Origin: Eledone cirrhosa
Lineage: Eukaryota
Assembly: GCA_964016885.1 (NCBI GenBank)
Contig: OZ024755.1
Span: forward strand, 21,824,001 to 21,888,000
Length of the DNA: 64,000 bases
Direction of reading: 5' to 3'
This document shows, in pieces, positions 17,694 to 28,948 of the stretch. The notes below the pieces were generated by a model that searched no databases, had not been told where the DNA came from, and was given only the letters and a program-made list of their open reading frames with translations. The stretch's first letter is position 1. Every line of letters begins with the position of its first letter. The position numbers and the translations under genes were made by a program.

Positions 17694-19115
17694 ACATCAG
17701 GTTATGGAGGTTACCGAGAGAGAGTGATAACAAAATTGATTAAGGACAGAATTAATCTTGATGTGATGTAGTTTGGCTTTAAGCCATGGAGAAGCACTAC
17801 CAATGCCATCTTTCTAGTGAGACATACTTAGCTAAGAATAAGCCTATATACTTAACATTTGTTGACCTGCAAACAATCTTTCATAGAATCCCACAGTGAG
17901 TGCTTAGAAAGCTAGGGGTTGACAAGTGGCTTTTGAGGGCTGAATAAGCCATATACAGAGGTGCAGTCAGCTGGGTTATCATCATCATCATCATACCTTG
18001 TCGCGCCAGTGCCATATCCAGTGAGTGCAGCGTCGTTTGCTTCCATCAGGTCTTGGTCGGAGCATGTGGGTCCCAGTAAGCACCCACGGAGGATGTGTTG
18101 TTGTTTGTACCGTTCAGTTTTTGCATTGACTTCTCATCGTATGTGGGGCGGTGGAATGCCGGCAAGAGTGTATACGGCTGGAAGGGGAGTTGCTTTTAAT
18201 GTTCCGGTGATCATCCGGCATGATTTGTTCAACACTGGGTCAACTCTGTTTGCATGGCATGACCTTACCCATACTGGTGAACAATATTCTGCGGTGGAGT
18301 AGCAGAGTGCCAGTGCTGTTTGCTTCAGTGTTATGGGATCTGCACCACAGCTGGTGTTGGTTAGTTTGCTGAGGAGATTCTTTCTAGTTGCCAATTTACT
18401 TTTAAGTTTGTCTTTGTGTTGTTTGAAGGAGAGTGTTCTATCAAGGGCAACTCTGAGGTAAACTGGATGAGGGTGGGTGAGGATTAACAATGAGTACAAA
18501 GGTACAATGAGCTGGGTGAGGATTAACAATGAGTACAAAGGTAAATTTAATGTGAAGCTAGGTGTCCACCTAATATTAGTTCTCATCCCCCTCTTGTTTA
18601 TTATAGTCCTCTATGTCAAGACTGGTTGAGCTTTGGAACTCCTGTATGCTGATGATCTCACTTTCCTAGCAGACACTGCAGAAGAATTAGAGAAATTCAA
18701 GACATAGAAACAAAATCTAGGATCAAACGGTCTCAAAGGAAACTTAGCATGCTTGACATGTTGAAAAGATGTATGTAGAAACTTCACACTATGTACCCAG
18801 TGGACAAACAAGAGATGTAATGGTATCACAGGTAGGTTGACTTCACATGTGACAGATGCATAAGAGTAGTCAACTGTAAGGATACTCAAAGAAGTAAACT
18901 TCCTCAAATGTTCAGAAGACACATTAGAAAAGAAAGCCTTTGCTAAGTGACCTCATTAGCAGTGGGTGTATTATAGCCAGAGTGAGAACAAGGTGGAATA
19001 AGTTTAGGGAGTTGTTACTTCACTGCTGATGCTTGGAGTGAATGGAATCTGTGGTAGAGGGGGACCAAGGAAGATGTTAGATGAAGTTGTGAAGAATGAC
19101 CAAGAAACTGAACTT
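17694..19115 (+). mobile_element. Decayed RTE LINE, interrupted by a nested LINE at 17977-18473
   Basis: Remnants [39 protein letters not shown] (18636-18660), TGWNKFRELL-like and RGGPRK. Stops and frameshifts throughout. Confidence 0.8.
17977..18473 (-). mobile_element. Vingi/Ingi-like (I group) LINE 3' fragment nested in the RTE
   Basis: Translates YLRVALDRTLSFKQH…ALALCYSTAEYCSPVWVRSCHANRVDPVLNKSCRMITGTLKATP…GIPPPHIR, typical of the Vingi/Ingi post-RT region. (GAT)n tail at 17977-17995. Candidate TSD agctgggt at 17969-17976 and 18510-18517. Confidence 0.78.
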
Positions 19116-19379
19116 CATGAAATGTAAAGTTTCTTGTCTTTTGTCCTATACTGGATTGATTGAGCATAGCCATCCTTTACATTCTTCAACACTTTCTTGC
19201 TACAGTTCCAAGCAGTCTTAAAAGCTGTAAGTGTCTTGCTACACCTGTTCTGTTGGTAACTATGAAAGTAGTGGTTACAATGAATGAAGCAGCTGTACAT
19301 CTTGGTGTGTACCAGAGTAGGCTTATATTGTTTGTTAAAAACAAATTAAAGCATGTCAAATGAACAAATGACAGACAAA

Positions 19380-19990
19380 ACTAGATTACTAAAAGCAACC
19401 TAAGACTAAAGAAAGTCATGTCCTCTACAAGTAAAAATCATTCTTAGCTCCTGTGAATTCTAGAGAATCACAAGCAATGTTCTTAATAGATTCAAGGCTT
19501 CTGTATCTACAGTGATCAATGGTCCTGAGGTTCTTTCATCTTCTTTTATAAGGCAAAACTTTTTGCTACAAATTTTGCCACAAATTCTATTCTTGATGAC
19601 CAAGGTCATCTTCTCTTTTGCTCTCTGTCTGCTTGAGATGTAGCAAAACTCATAAAAACCTTGGTTCAGAACAGGGCAACTGGGCCACATGACATTCCAG
19701 TAGTGGTTCTGAAAAAACCTATCTCTTAAAAAATATCTCCTATTCTAACTAAGCTTTTCAATCACTGCCTGAAAGAGAGATGTTTTTCCAAATCCTGGAA
19801 AATGTCTTGTTTGCCCTGTCTTCAAGATTGTTGGTGCCCCCCCCCTCCCCTCCCTCCTAGTCAGTCTTCTTATTCTTAGCATTATCAACAAGCTCTTGGA
19901 GTTTGCTATCAATAAGAAGATTCTTAATTACTTTGCCAAAAACAATCTCCTGAGTAACATCCAGTATGGCTTTCATTCTGCCTCAGGATT
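19380..19990 (+). mobile_element. Decayed CR1/L2-group LINE ORF2 fragment (pre-RT and RT start)
   Basis: Remnants NGPEVLSS, KAKLFATNFATNSILDDQG, RATGPHDIPVVVLK, LTKLFNHCLKERCFSKSWK and NNLLSNIQYGF. Confidence 0.75.
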
Positions 19991-22321
19991 GCTTCCCTTG
20001 CAGCTACAGCATTGACCTTTTTAAGAAAAAAAGAGGGTCAATAAGCACCTCTCCACATCATAATTTCATTCTATCTGCCAGTTCATTTGTCATTTTAGTG
20101 CTTAAAGCAATCACCCTTCCATTTCCCCCATCATTCTTTTCTCAGTGTTCATTCTGTCATGTAACCCATAACCTTGAGTGACTTTAAAGCCTTATGTGGT
20201 GACCTTTAGTTCATAAAAAAAATCTATCTAGCATTAGAGAGTTTTATAGTTAAATTATTTGATAGTTAAATTATGGACTTAAGTTCTTACAAAGTCATCA
20301 GGCTACACATTTGTAGAGGTGAAAATATATTCAACTTAATCAACCCTAGTACATCACTTGTATTTATTTCATTAACCAGAAAGTTGAAATATGAAGTCTG
20401 CCCCACCAACATTTAAACATGATGGAGAAAAACTTGTAATCTAGTGCTTTTTGAAACCCTGTTGCCTTTAAAGCTGGATTTAATTTAAAAAAATTTAAAT
20501 GTTGTTGGGTACCCTGGATATTTTCACAAATATCTGTCCAGTAGTAAAGATACTATAAATACAGACTTATTTTTAAATTAACAGACTTATTTTTAGATAT
20601 TTTCTGCTAAATCTTTATAGGAGGTTGAAAGTTAACTTGTTGAATGTCACTACCAACTTTGGTATTTACAACTGCAGGCTGAGATTACATGTTAATTCTT
20701 GCCAAATTGTCCAAGAGAATAAAAGAGATATTTTGATAAAATTTGGTTTATTTACTTTGCCTGGACCTATGATTCACAAATTAAACTAAAATATACCAGT
20801 ACATCTTTTGGGTAGTATGGGTGGGTGGGTTGAGGGTAAAAAACATCAGAACATTTTTGGCGCTTGAAGAATTAATAAAGCATTAATTATTGGATTTCAT
20901 GTCCTTTTAGAAAACATATGGAAAGCTTGATATTTAAAATGGTGGGTCAATTTTTTTTGTTTGTTTTTAATGTATATTTATTTTAACTCTAAAAAAATTG
21001 TGTTCCATTACCTACTAAAAAGAATAGAAAATGAAAAGGAGAAAAAGACAGAAGGATCAAGCTATAAAAGAAAGAGAGAGGGGAGGGTCAATCACTACAT
21101 CTTAGTCTGAGCGGTGCCTCTGCTGTGCCCTGCAGACAAAATGGCAAAAGCATTACTGTCAAGAATGGCCAGAAATACTTGCAACAACCTTGAATAAAAA
21201 AAATGAAGGGTTGGCCTTAAGAAAGGCATCTTGCCATAAAATATTTCCTTTTTTTTAACCCATGCTATCATTAGAAAAAAACGTAGGTAAAATGATGATT
21301 AACACTTTAAAAAAGGGATTTTGCACCATAGAACAAGGGGTAGTCTCAGGTTTTTATCAAAAGGTTTAATGAAAAAGTCAATTGCTCTCAATTATTTTGT
21401 TTGAAAATAATTATTAAGATATTTTACATTAAGCAGTTTTGGTTTGCTCATCATTTCTTTTCGAAATGATTTTCTCTTGGATTATAAATGTTATTACCAG
21501 TAGAGAAGCACAATTGCTCTGAAATTAAGATGTTGGATTACAAAACACAAAGTTCAGATCTTTCCACTCTTATTGTGTTGTAGTTTTGTGAAAGAAAACA
21601 CCTTAAAGTCTCCTTGCTCCAGTTTCTAGAACTTAAAAAATAAAAAGACTTCATTTCTACTTCATGATGAAAAGTATCCAGCTTTAAACAAAGCTAAAGT
21701 AAATCAATTACTGTAAAAAGTTAAATTGCTCTAACCATGTAAGCTTGTGGGAAAATGAATATAAAGCCATGGGGAGAAAAAATCCTACTTGATAATTAAA
21801 TCTATTTTCTTTTTCTTTTATGCTTCATTTCCTTATTGTTTTATATAAATTTTTTCAGTTGAGATCATATAAAAAAAAAAAAATTAAAACTATAACGTGA
21901 AACATTTTATTCAGATATTTTTTATGGAAATTTCTAATATTGAATGAACAGCATAAAAAATCGTTTCCTTTCCTTATTATTATTATAATTTTTAATAATC
22001 TTGAATTACATTTAAATGCAGCAAAACTAAAATGTTCATATTGACTATAGTTAAAATGTACTAACTACTTTGATTTTAGCTGTTGATACTGGTATATTGA
22101 GGAAAAAAAGGAAATTCTTTAATACTTCCATATGATAAAATCAATAAATCTCTTCCTATGTTATATCCTTATTGGGACATCAGCTAAACATTCAGTGCAA
22201 AATCTAAATTTGTTGCTCTTGCATATATTAAGAGTTATATAAGTACAAGTGTACTCATGTAGTTTACTTGATGGCTTTTATTACTCTAAAGAAAGCATTA
22301 TTTATAGAGAATAATAATAAA

Positions 22322-22530
22322 GGGCGGTGGATTGGCAGTATCGGTAGAGCATCAGACATGCTTTGTGGCATATAATTACATCCCTTTATGTTCTGAGTTG
22401 AAATCCTGCTGGGTTAGCTTTGCCTTTCATCCTTTACGGGGTCGATAAAATAAAGCACAGGTAACGCACTTGAATCAACTTTCCCCTCCCTCAAAATTAG
22501 CCTTGTACCTAATTCAGAAACCATTATTTA
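22322..22530 (+). mobile_element. tRNA-derived SINE family A with 16-bp TSD
   Basis: Head ggcggtggattggcagtatcggtagag, B-box-like gagttgaaatcc, core gcctttcatcctttacggggtcgataaaataaag. TSD cattatttatagagaa at 22296-22311 and 22522-22537. Confidence 0.88.
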
Positions 22531-23344
22531 TAGAGAAGAATTCTTTTCTTCATCATATATATATATATATGAGAGAGAGATATCAATATTCAATTCTTTT
22601 TTTACTATTAAATGGTTTTTGAAATATCTTGTATAACACTTGATATTGTGTTGGTTGCTCTTCCCATTTAATGACATGATAATCTACTTTGACCGATCGC
22701 AAACTTCTCGCTGCAACTCGATTTTATTCTTTCATTTTTACTCTCACTATCTGTTCCCATGGTTTAATTTGTAACCATCACCAAGTATTAAAGATCAATA
22801 TGGTATTTTAAGTTATATATACACATACATGACCCCCCCCCCCCCGAAAACAGTGGAGGTCAATCAGGGAAGGGTTCCTCCAGTAGGAGTGAAAAGGCCC
22901 TGGATTGAATACACATACAAATAATTTATACAATATAAAACTAAATTAGAAGATTTCACTCTCACTTCCACAAGTATCTCATTTGTGTCACTGCAAATTA
23001 AAATACATTGCAAATTATTATATGTGCCTATGTGAATTATATAATTTTTTAATAACATTTGTTATGGATTTAAAAAGATTTCTCTGACGAAACGTATTTT
23101 AGACATTTCTTGAAATTTTAAGTTGTTATAACTTATCTGTAACCTCCATAAAATACAAACTAATTCATCACTAAACATTGTTATATTATTTAAAATTAAT
23201 AAAATACATATTACTAAATAATAATCTGGAGGATAATGATTAAATATAGAACAGCAGATATGAAGTCATCTACTTCTACATTTCAAAGTAATTAGAAAAT
23301 TAAGTTTAACTGCATAAACTGGTATATATCAATAAAAAATATAG

Positions 23345-23670
23345 GAAAAATAAGTGCTTGGCTTGGAGATCAGAGAGTTGTTCCAGGTAGAGCCCCCTAC
23401 TTCTCTGAATTGAAAGATCACAGCTCTGATACTATGGGCATGTGGTTAAAGTGTCTCAGGAAAGAATCGCTGGACAGATTTTTTGGGCAAAACCAACCAG
23501 CAGGAGACCCAAGGGGTAGACCCAAACAAGATGATTGGATAATATACTTGAATTCGGTTGGGGATCCAGCTGGATCAGTTGGAAACAGTTGCTTCTGACA
23601 GGAACCACTGGAAGGAGTCTTTCAGGACTCTGCTCCCATGACTCTCTCAGGAATAAGTGAGCGAAGAAGT
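23345..23670 (+). mobile_element. RTE-type LINE 3' fragment (same family as 15160-15615)
   Basis: Direct similarity to the 15.3-kb copy. Confidence 0.82.
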
Positions 23671-24822
23671 TTGTTTGAGATAGATGATTAATAATTTGTA
23701 TAATGAAAATTGTTTTTCTCAAACACAAATAAGATGTGAGGAGGCACTGAAAAGTTCTTTGCCTAACCCACATCCTAATTTGAGAGAGAGAGGGGAAGGG
23801 TGCTGAAAATAAAATGGGGAAATGGGTTAAGCTGAGAACTTTCAGCATCTCATCATAGGATGGTTTCTTGTAACACTGATGAAGCCAGAGTTGGTTTGAT
23901 AGGTTACATACAAGATAAAATATCACACACATACACACTCAGTCCAATGAAACTAATATGTTTACAAGCTTAGTAGCTATGTTTATCATGAACTTTCAGC
24001 ACTGTTTTAAAGTTGAAGGTATTTCTATAAAATTCATTTGAGTATTGCAAGTAAAAATTTCGCATGTTCTTTCCTAATATTCTGCTAGCCATAGTACATT
24101 GTAGTATTGTAACTTGATTTTGTAGTTACTGCTCTTTTCTTGATTGTCTTGTTATGTATAAAAAACAAGCACACATTGTTACATTTATAATTGTATGGCT
24201 TTTACATTTGCTGCAACACTGCATCACATATATGGCTGCATAAAGCCTTAAGTGAACACTATAGGCATTTGGTTCCTGTGTTGACCTCACAGTGGAGAAA
24301 CTGAATTTAGCATTCAGTAAATAATTGGCAAGAAAGTGTAGTTGAAGCCAGACTATTAGCAACAGCTTGGCATCATTGGATAGCATGCAACATCAGACTC
24401 GGCCAACTAACTGTTTACATTTGAAATGTCAAATAAGATTGAAAATATTGAAAAGGAATATTCACTCCAAAAATGTTGGGCATTATTTATATATATTGAA
24501 TGATGTTTTAATAATAATAATGATTTCTACTATAGGCCCAAGGCCAGCAATTTGAAGGGGAGAGGAAAGTTGATTAAATTGACCCCAGTGCATTACTGGT
24601 GATTTATTTTAATAGGTTTACATAATACAAAGCCTAGTAAAATCTTTGCTAATAGTTCAATCAATAACTCGTTAATGGCTAGAGCTGAAGTAAACACATT
24701 TGTCCAAGCTGACATCCAGTAATGATAGTAACATAGGCACAAATTATTCTTTGAAGGTGGTGTATGTCAGGGAACAATTGATTATATCCCCCTCTCCGTT
24801 ATTTAACTTGTACTCTATTAAT

Positions 24823-25047
24823 AATGGTTTCTTATATAGGCACAAGGCGAGCAATTTTGGGGGAGAAGAAAGTTGATTAAATCGATCCCAGCTGCATGAC
24901 TGGTACTTTATTTTATCAACCCCGTAAGGCTGAAAGGTAAAGTTAACTAACCCCGGCAGGATTTGAACTCAGATTATAAAGGGCCGTAACTCTATGCTGC
25001 AAAGCATGTTGTCTGACCCTCTACTGATACTGCCAATCCACCGCTCT
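24823..25047 (-). mobile_element. SINE family A
   Basis: Reverse complement of the family A consensus. Flanked by ctctatt[a/g]ataat on both sides. Confidence 0.88.
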
Positions 25048-26213
25048 TTATTTCTCTATTGATAATAATATTTGAAAGTCCTAATTTGTTTACTTGGATG
25101 AGCGTGAATTATCCAGGAAGCCATCGATACTAAGTAGGAACAGATATAAACAGCATGGAGGGACATTTAAAAACGTTGGTTGTGGTTTGATTGGATGTGT
25201 AATTAAACTGGTTACATCACCGATATGGTGTAGAAACAGTAGCAGCAGTAGTAGTAGAAATGTAATTTTGAAAAAAAAAAAAAAAAAGTAATAAAGAGGA
25301 AAAATGTTTGAATCTGAATGAAAATGAAAGACTATCAAGTGAGACTACTATGGCAGAACATTAATTTTGTCTTTGGCATACAGCTTAGGTTTGAAAGGAA
25401 AAAAAATACTTTCACCATTTGTGGTTTGTTGCAAAATAAACAAGCTGTCTTGTAAAGGAAAGAGAGAGATATGCTGTTGATGTAATTATTAGGTAATATG
25501 ATAAAAGGTTTATGAGCAAGATTTTGAATGAGAATGAAACTGAAAATATTTTTAATTATGTTAGTAGGATGAGCATATAACCTATATTTGGAGTAAATGC
25601 TAAGTTAATGTTGACATATTTATTGTATAAATTATTACAAAGGTAACTAGAAATAAATATTTGTTGAATAAAAAATGATATTAATCAATAGCTAATTAGA
25701 AAACAATGCCAGAAATGTTTCTATCTTATTCTGAATTCATTAACATTGTATTTGTTGACATAGTAATGAAATAATTGCTCAAGTATTTAGTTAGTTATTA
25801 TTCAGGCCTCTTGAAAAAAAAAGGTGAGTGAGAATGAGACGCTGCTACTTCTGTCATAGCCATTAAGTGGTTTAAAAAACAGTTTAGAGAAGAAAGGTTT
25901 GAAGATGAACAATATTGAAATTGAGACATGTAAATGTGGAATATAAGAATTGTTAGTATTCTACTTTGAGAGGATGAGTGACACACAGCTTTTTGAATTG
26001 CACTGAGTTACATGTTAAAAACAAAACAAGTATAGTGTCACTCGTGAGAACTTGCCAAAGAAGTAGTAAGAATGGGAGTCAAAAAGCCTACTTCTGTTGG
26101 AAGGTAGCATATATATATATATCTGTGTATATAAAATGCCATATGGATCTTTGGTGGCTGTTTCTAATTAAACTGTAGAATTTCCTCAAGGTTAACTAAT
26201 CTGCCCCTGACTT

Positions 26214-26316
26214 TACAGGGTATCCCTAAAGTCTGGACACAAAGGAAATATCACTATTTATAACTAACTATTTGAATTTTGCATTTTGTCTGTGTCCAGA
26301 TTTTAGGGACACTACA
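26214..26316. mobile_element. Short Tc1/mariner-type MITE
   Basis: TA + CAGGGTATCCCTAAAGTCTGGACACA … TGTGTCCAGATTTTAGGGACACT; imperfect ~25-bp TIRs. Confidence 0.72.
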
Positions 26317-26849
26317 CAACACAGAACTGCCTGTTTTAAAGTGTTTTTGTATTCCAACATAATTTTTCGTAAAAATGTTAAAATTATGTTCTAAACACCA
26401 ACTTGAGAATGTAAATGGTTATTTATATTTCCCAATTCTTCTAAATTTTCAATCATTTTCAAATTTATTTGAAAACCACAGGTAGAGCCTTTAATTAGAA
26501 ATATGGTAAGACACGGGTTAACTGATCATGACATGATAGAGGGTTAAAACGGAAAAATAGATGTTAAAATGATAAGCTATGTCAAACAAATTAAGAGAGA
26601 AAAACAGTGAGAGAACCTGCTAGAAATTTAATTTGCATATTCTAATTAATATGAGCAAATTTACAGAATTTACAAATTTTAACATGAGAAAATGGTTGGG
26701 AGATTTATCAGCTTGTGTTCTTAGAAAGTAGTGGGCTATTCGAATTTTACTGTGTTGACTTGGGTTTGAGAATTCAGTAAAGAAGCATTTAATTGTTAAT
26801 GAAATGTTCTATTGTCTTATAAATAATTAATCTTCCTTTGTATTACCAT

Positions 26850-27420
26850 TTATACATGTGTACATGTAATGACAGCTGTGCAACACTCTTGTACATGTAA
26901 TGATTGCCGTGCACACTATGTAATGACTCGCTGTACACACTCTTATGCATGTGTACATGTAATGACTGTTATACGCACATTCTTGTGCATGTGTACATGT
27001 AATGACTGTTATACATACTCTCTTGTGCATGTGTACATGTAATGACTGTTATACATACTCTCTTGTGCATGTGTACATGTAATAACTGCTATACACTATG
27101 TAATGACTCACTGTACACATTCTTGTGCATGTGTACATGTAATGACTGCTATACGCACATTCTTGTGCATGTGTACATGTAATGACTGTTATACATACTC
27201 TCTTGTGCATGTGTACATGTAATAACTGCTATACACTATGTAATGACTCACTGTACACATTCTTGTACATGTGTACATGTAATGACTGCTGTAACACACT
27301 TGTACATGTGTACATATAATAACTGCTATACATACACACTTGTGCATGTGTACATGTAATAACTGCTATACACACTATGTAATGACTGCACTGTAGACAT
27401 TCCAGCACATGTGTGTAATG
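26850..27420. repeat. Minisatellite, 40-bp unit with 140-bp higher-order repeat
   Basis: Unit tcttgtgcatgtgtacatgtaatgactgttatacatactc. 27021-27160 is repeated at 27161-27300. Confidence 0.9.
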
Positions 27421-27890
27421 ATTGCACACATGCACATGCACACACTTGTTATGATTGTATGGCATACAAACACACTTGCAATGACTGCATGCCCATGGAT
27501 GTATGTCTGTGTATGTAATGACTATGTAGTTACGTGTGTGTGTATGTGTGATTAATGACTTGCATGTGTGTGTTATAACCATATGTTTATGTTTGTGTTG
27601 AACTGAAGTTTACATGACAGGCTTACTGTAAATGGAAGCTACAATATGTAAAATAACTTAGGACTATTTTAGAAAACTATTTCTTAAATTCTTTAGACAT
27701 GAAGTAGAAGAAAATAATAGCCATTGCCATACAGAAAACAATAGTGGTTGAAACTGTAGGAGTTTTATAGTTTAAACAGCTGTGACATTGTACTGAGTAT
27801 TGATATGACTTAACATCAGTCACAACTATCAACTGCGAGAATAGAACATATATATGTCTGTGTGTGTATATACACATATATGTGTGTGTG

Positions 27891-27939
<49 letters not shown>

Positions 27940-27958
27940 ATATATATGTGTGTGTGTG

Positions 27959-27991
<33 letters not shown>

Positions 27992-28001
27992 ATATAATAT
28001 T

Positions 28002-28101
28002 TAATATAGAAATGGCTTCTACAGGACTAGAACTTTTTCATTCAATGATGATTTCCTTCAAATTAAACAGTTCTAGTCCAGTAGAAGCCATTTCTATATT
28101 A
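28002..28101. repeat. Inverted repeat: 33-bp arms (1 mismatch), 34-nt loop
   Basis: taatatagaaatggcttctacaggactagaact / agttctagtccagtagaagccatttctatatta. Confidence 0.92.
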
Positions 28102-28170
28102 GATTTTGTATTGACTACCTTACTAACTGTGGTTATTCCCGATTGAACCCGATAGACACGCACACACACA

Positions 28171-28510
28171 TATAGGGTGTAACAGGTAAATTGGGACTAT
28201 TTAAATATCTCTATTGTAATTGGTATAACTTTGAAAAATCAAACACATTGCAAATTTCATGTTTATGCCAATTAGCACTTATTTCAGTTCAATGTTGCCA
28301 CCATTTGCTACCTTTACCAGTTCAATCCATTTACCAAATGATATGCATGCCTTAACTATTTTTTTTCCATTTTACTGAATGCTCGCTTGATCGAAGCCTT
28401 CAGTGAAGACACACAGTTGTGAGAAGTTGTGTTGGATATTGCTTCAACTGCGACCCATAGCCAAAAATCACACAGATTTAAATCTGGCAAGTTAGAGGGC
28501 CAGATATATT
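28171..28510 (-). mobile_element. Tc1/mariner (maT/DD37D-like) transposon 3' remnant
   Basis: Minus strand IWPSNLPDLNLCDFWLWVAVEAISNTTSHNCVSSLKASIKRAFSKM…(frameshift)IVKACISFGKWIELVKVANGGNIELK* corresponds to the WPxNSPDLNPxD C-terminus. TIR-like tatagggtgtaacaggtaaattg at 28171. Confidence 0.8.
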
Positions 28511-28884
28511 GCTAATACAGGGTGCGGACGATATTTGTTCGCAAGAAGGAATCTTTAACAGGGCTAAAAGGTCATGTTTGTGTCACCCATGATTGAGAAA
28601 AAGATCAAGTGATGGCAATTCTCGAAATCGAGATGCAGTATATATATATATATATATTTGTGTGTGTTAGTGAAAGTTGATATATGATTTACATCTAGGA
28701 AATGATTTATTTTTCAGAAATTGTTTAAATTTTTTGTTAAATTGGTTTTATACAAATACTGGGTTTTATTTCATCATTCACCAGATATTATTTGTTTTTG
28801 AACATAATGATTTAGATATTTCCATATCCTCTTGTTAATTTTTTTCAGATGTAATTTGGTTTAAAGGATGTACTAAATCACACG

Positions 28885-28948
28885 ATGAATGGTGAAATCC
28901 CTAGTGTTCCTATCATAACATTGGCAGGAGTAACAACTCTGACTAATT
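28885..28948 (+). CDS. NIPBL: Nipped-B-like cohesin loader (Scc2), first coding exon (exon 28849-28948, includes 36 nt of 5' UTR)
   Basis: Translates MNGEIPSVPIITLAGVTTLTN+T, closely matching the vertebrate NIPBL N-terminus MNGDMPHVPITTLAGIASLTD (from memory). Acceptor ttttttcAG ends at 28848 and donor GTGAGT starts at 28949. The 64 coding nt give a phase-1 intron, as in human NIPBL exon 2. Too short for the ORF track. Confidence 0.93.

Noticed and set aside
23874-23905. CTGATGA followed by a short stem (hammerhead-like); another CTGATGA at ~33807
   Set aside because: No GAAA after stem II and no stems I or III.
23735-24008. Possible mariner MITE (gaggaggcactgaaaagttc … gaactttcagcac)
   Set aside because: The termini are too degenerate to fix boundaries or a TSD.
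25085-25340. Possible non-coding NIPBL exon 1 (purine-rich block ending aa|gtgaga)
   Set aside because: Only a plausible donor site; no promoter or transcript evidence is available from sequence alone.
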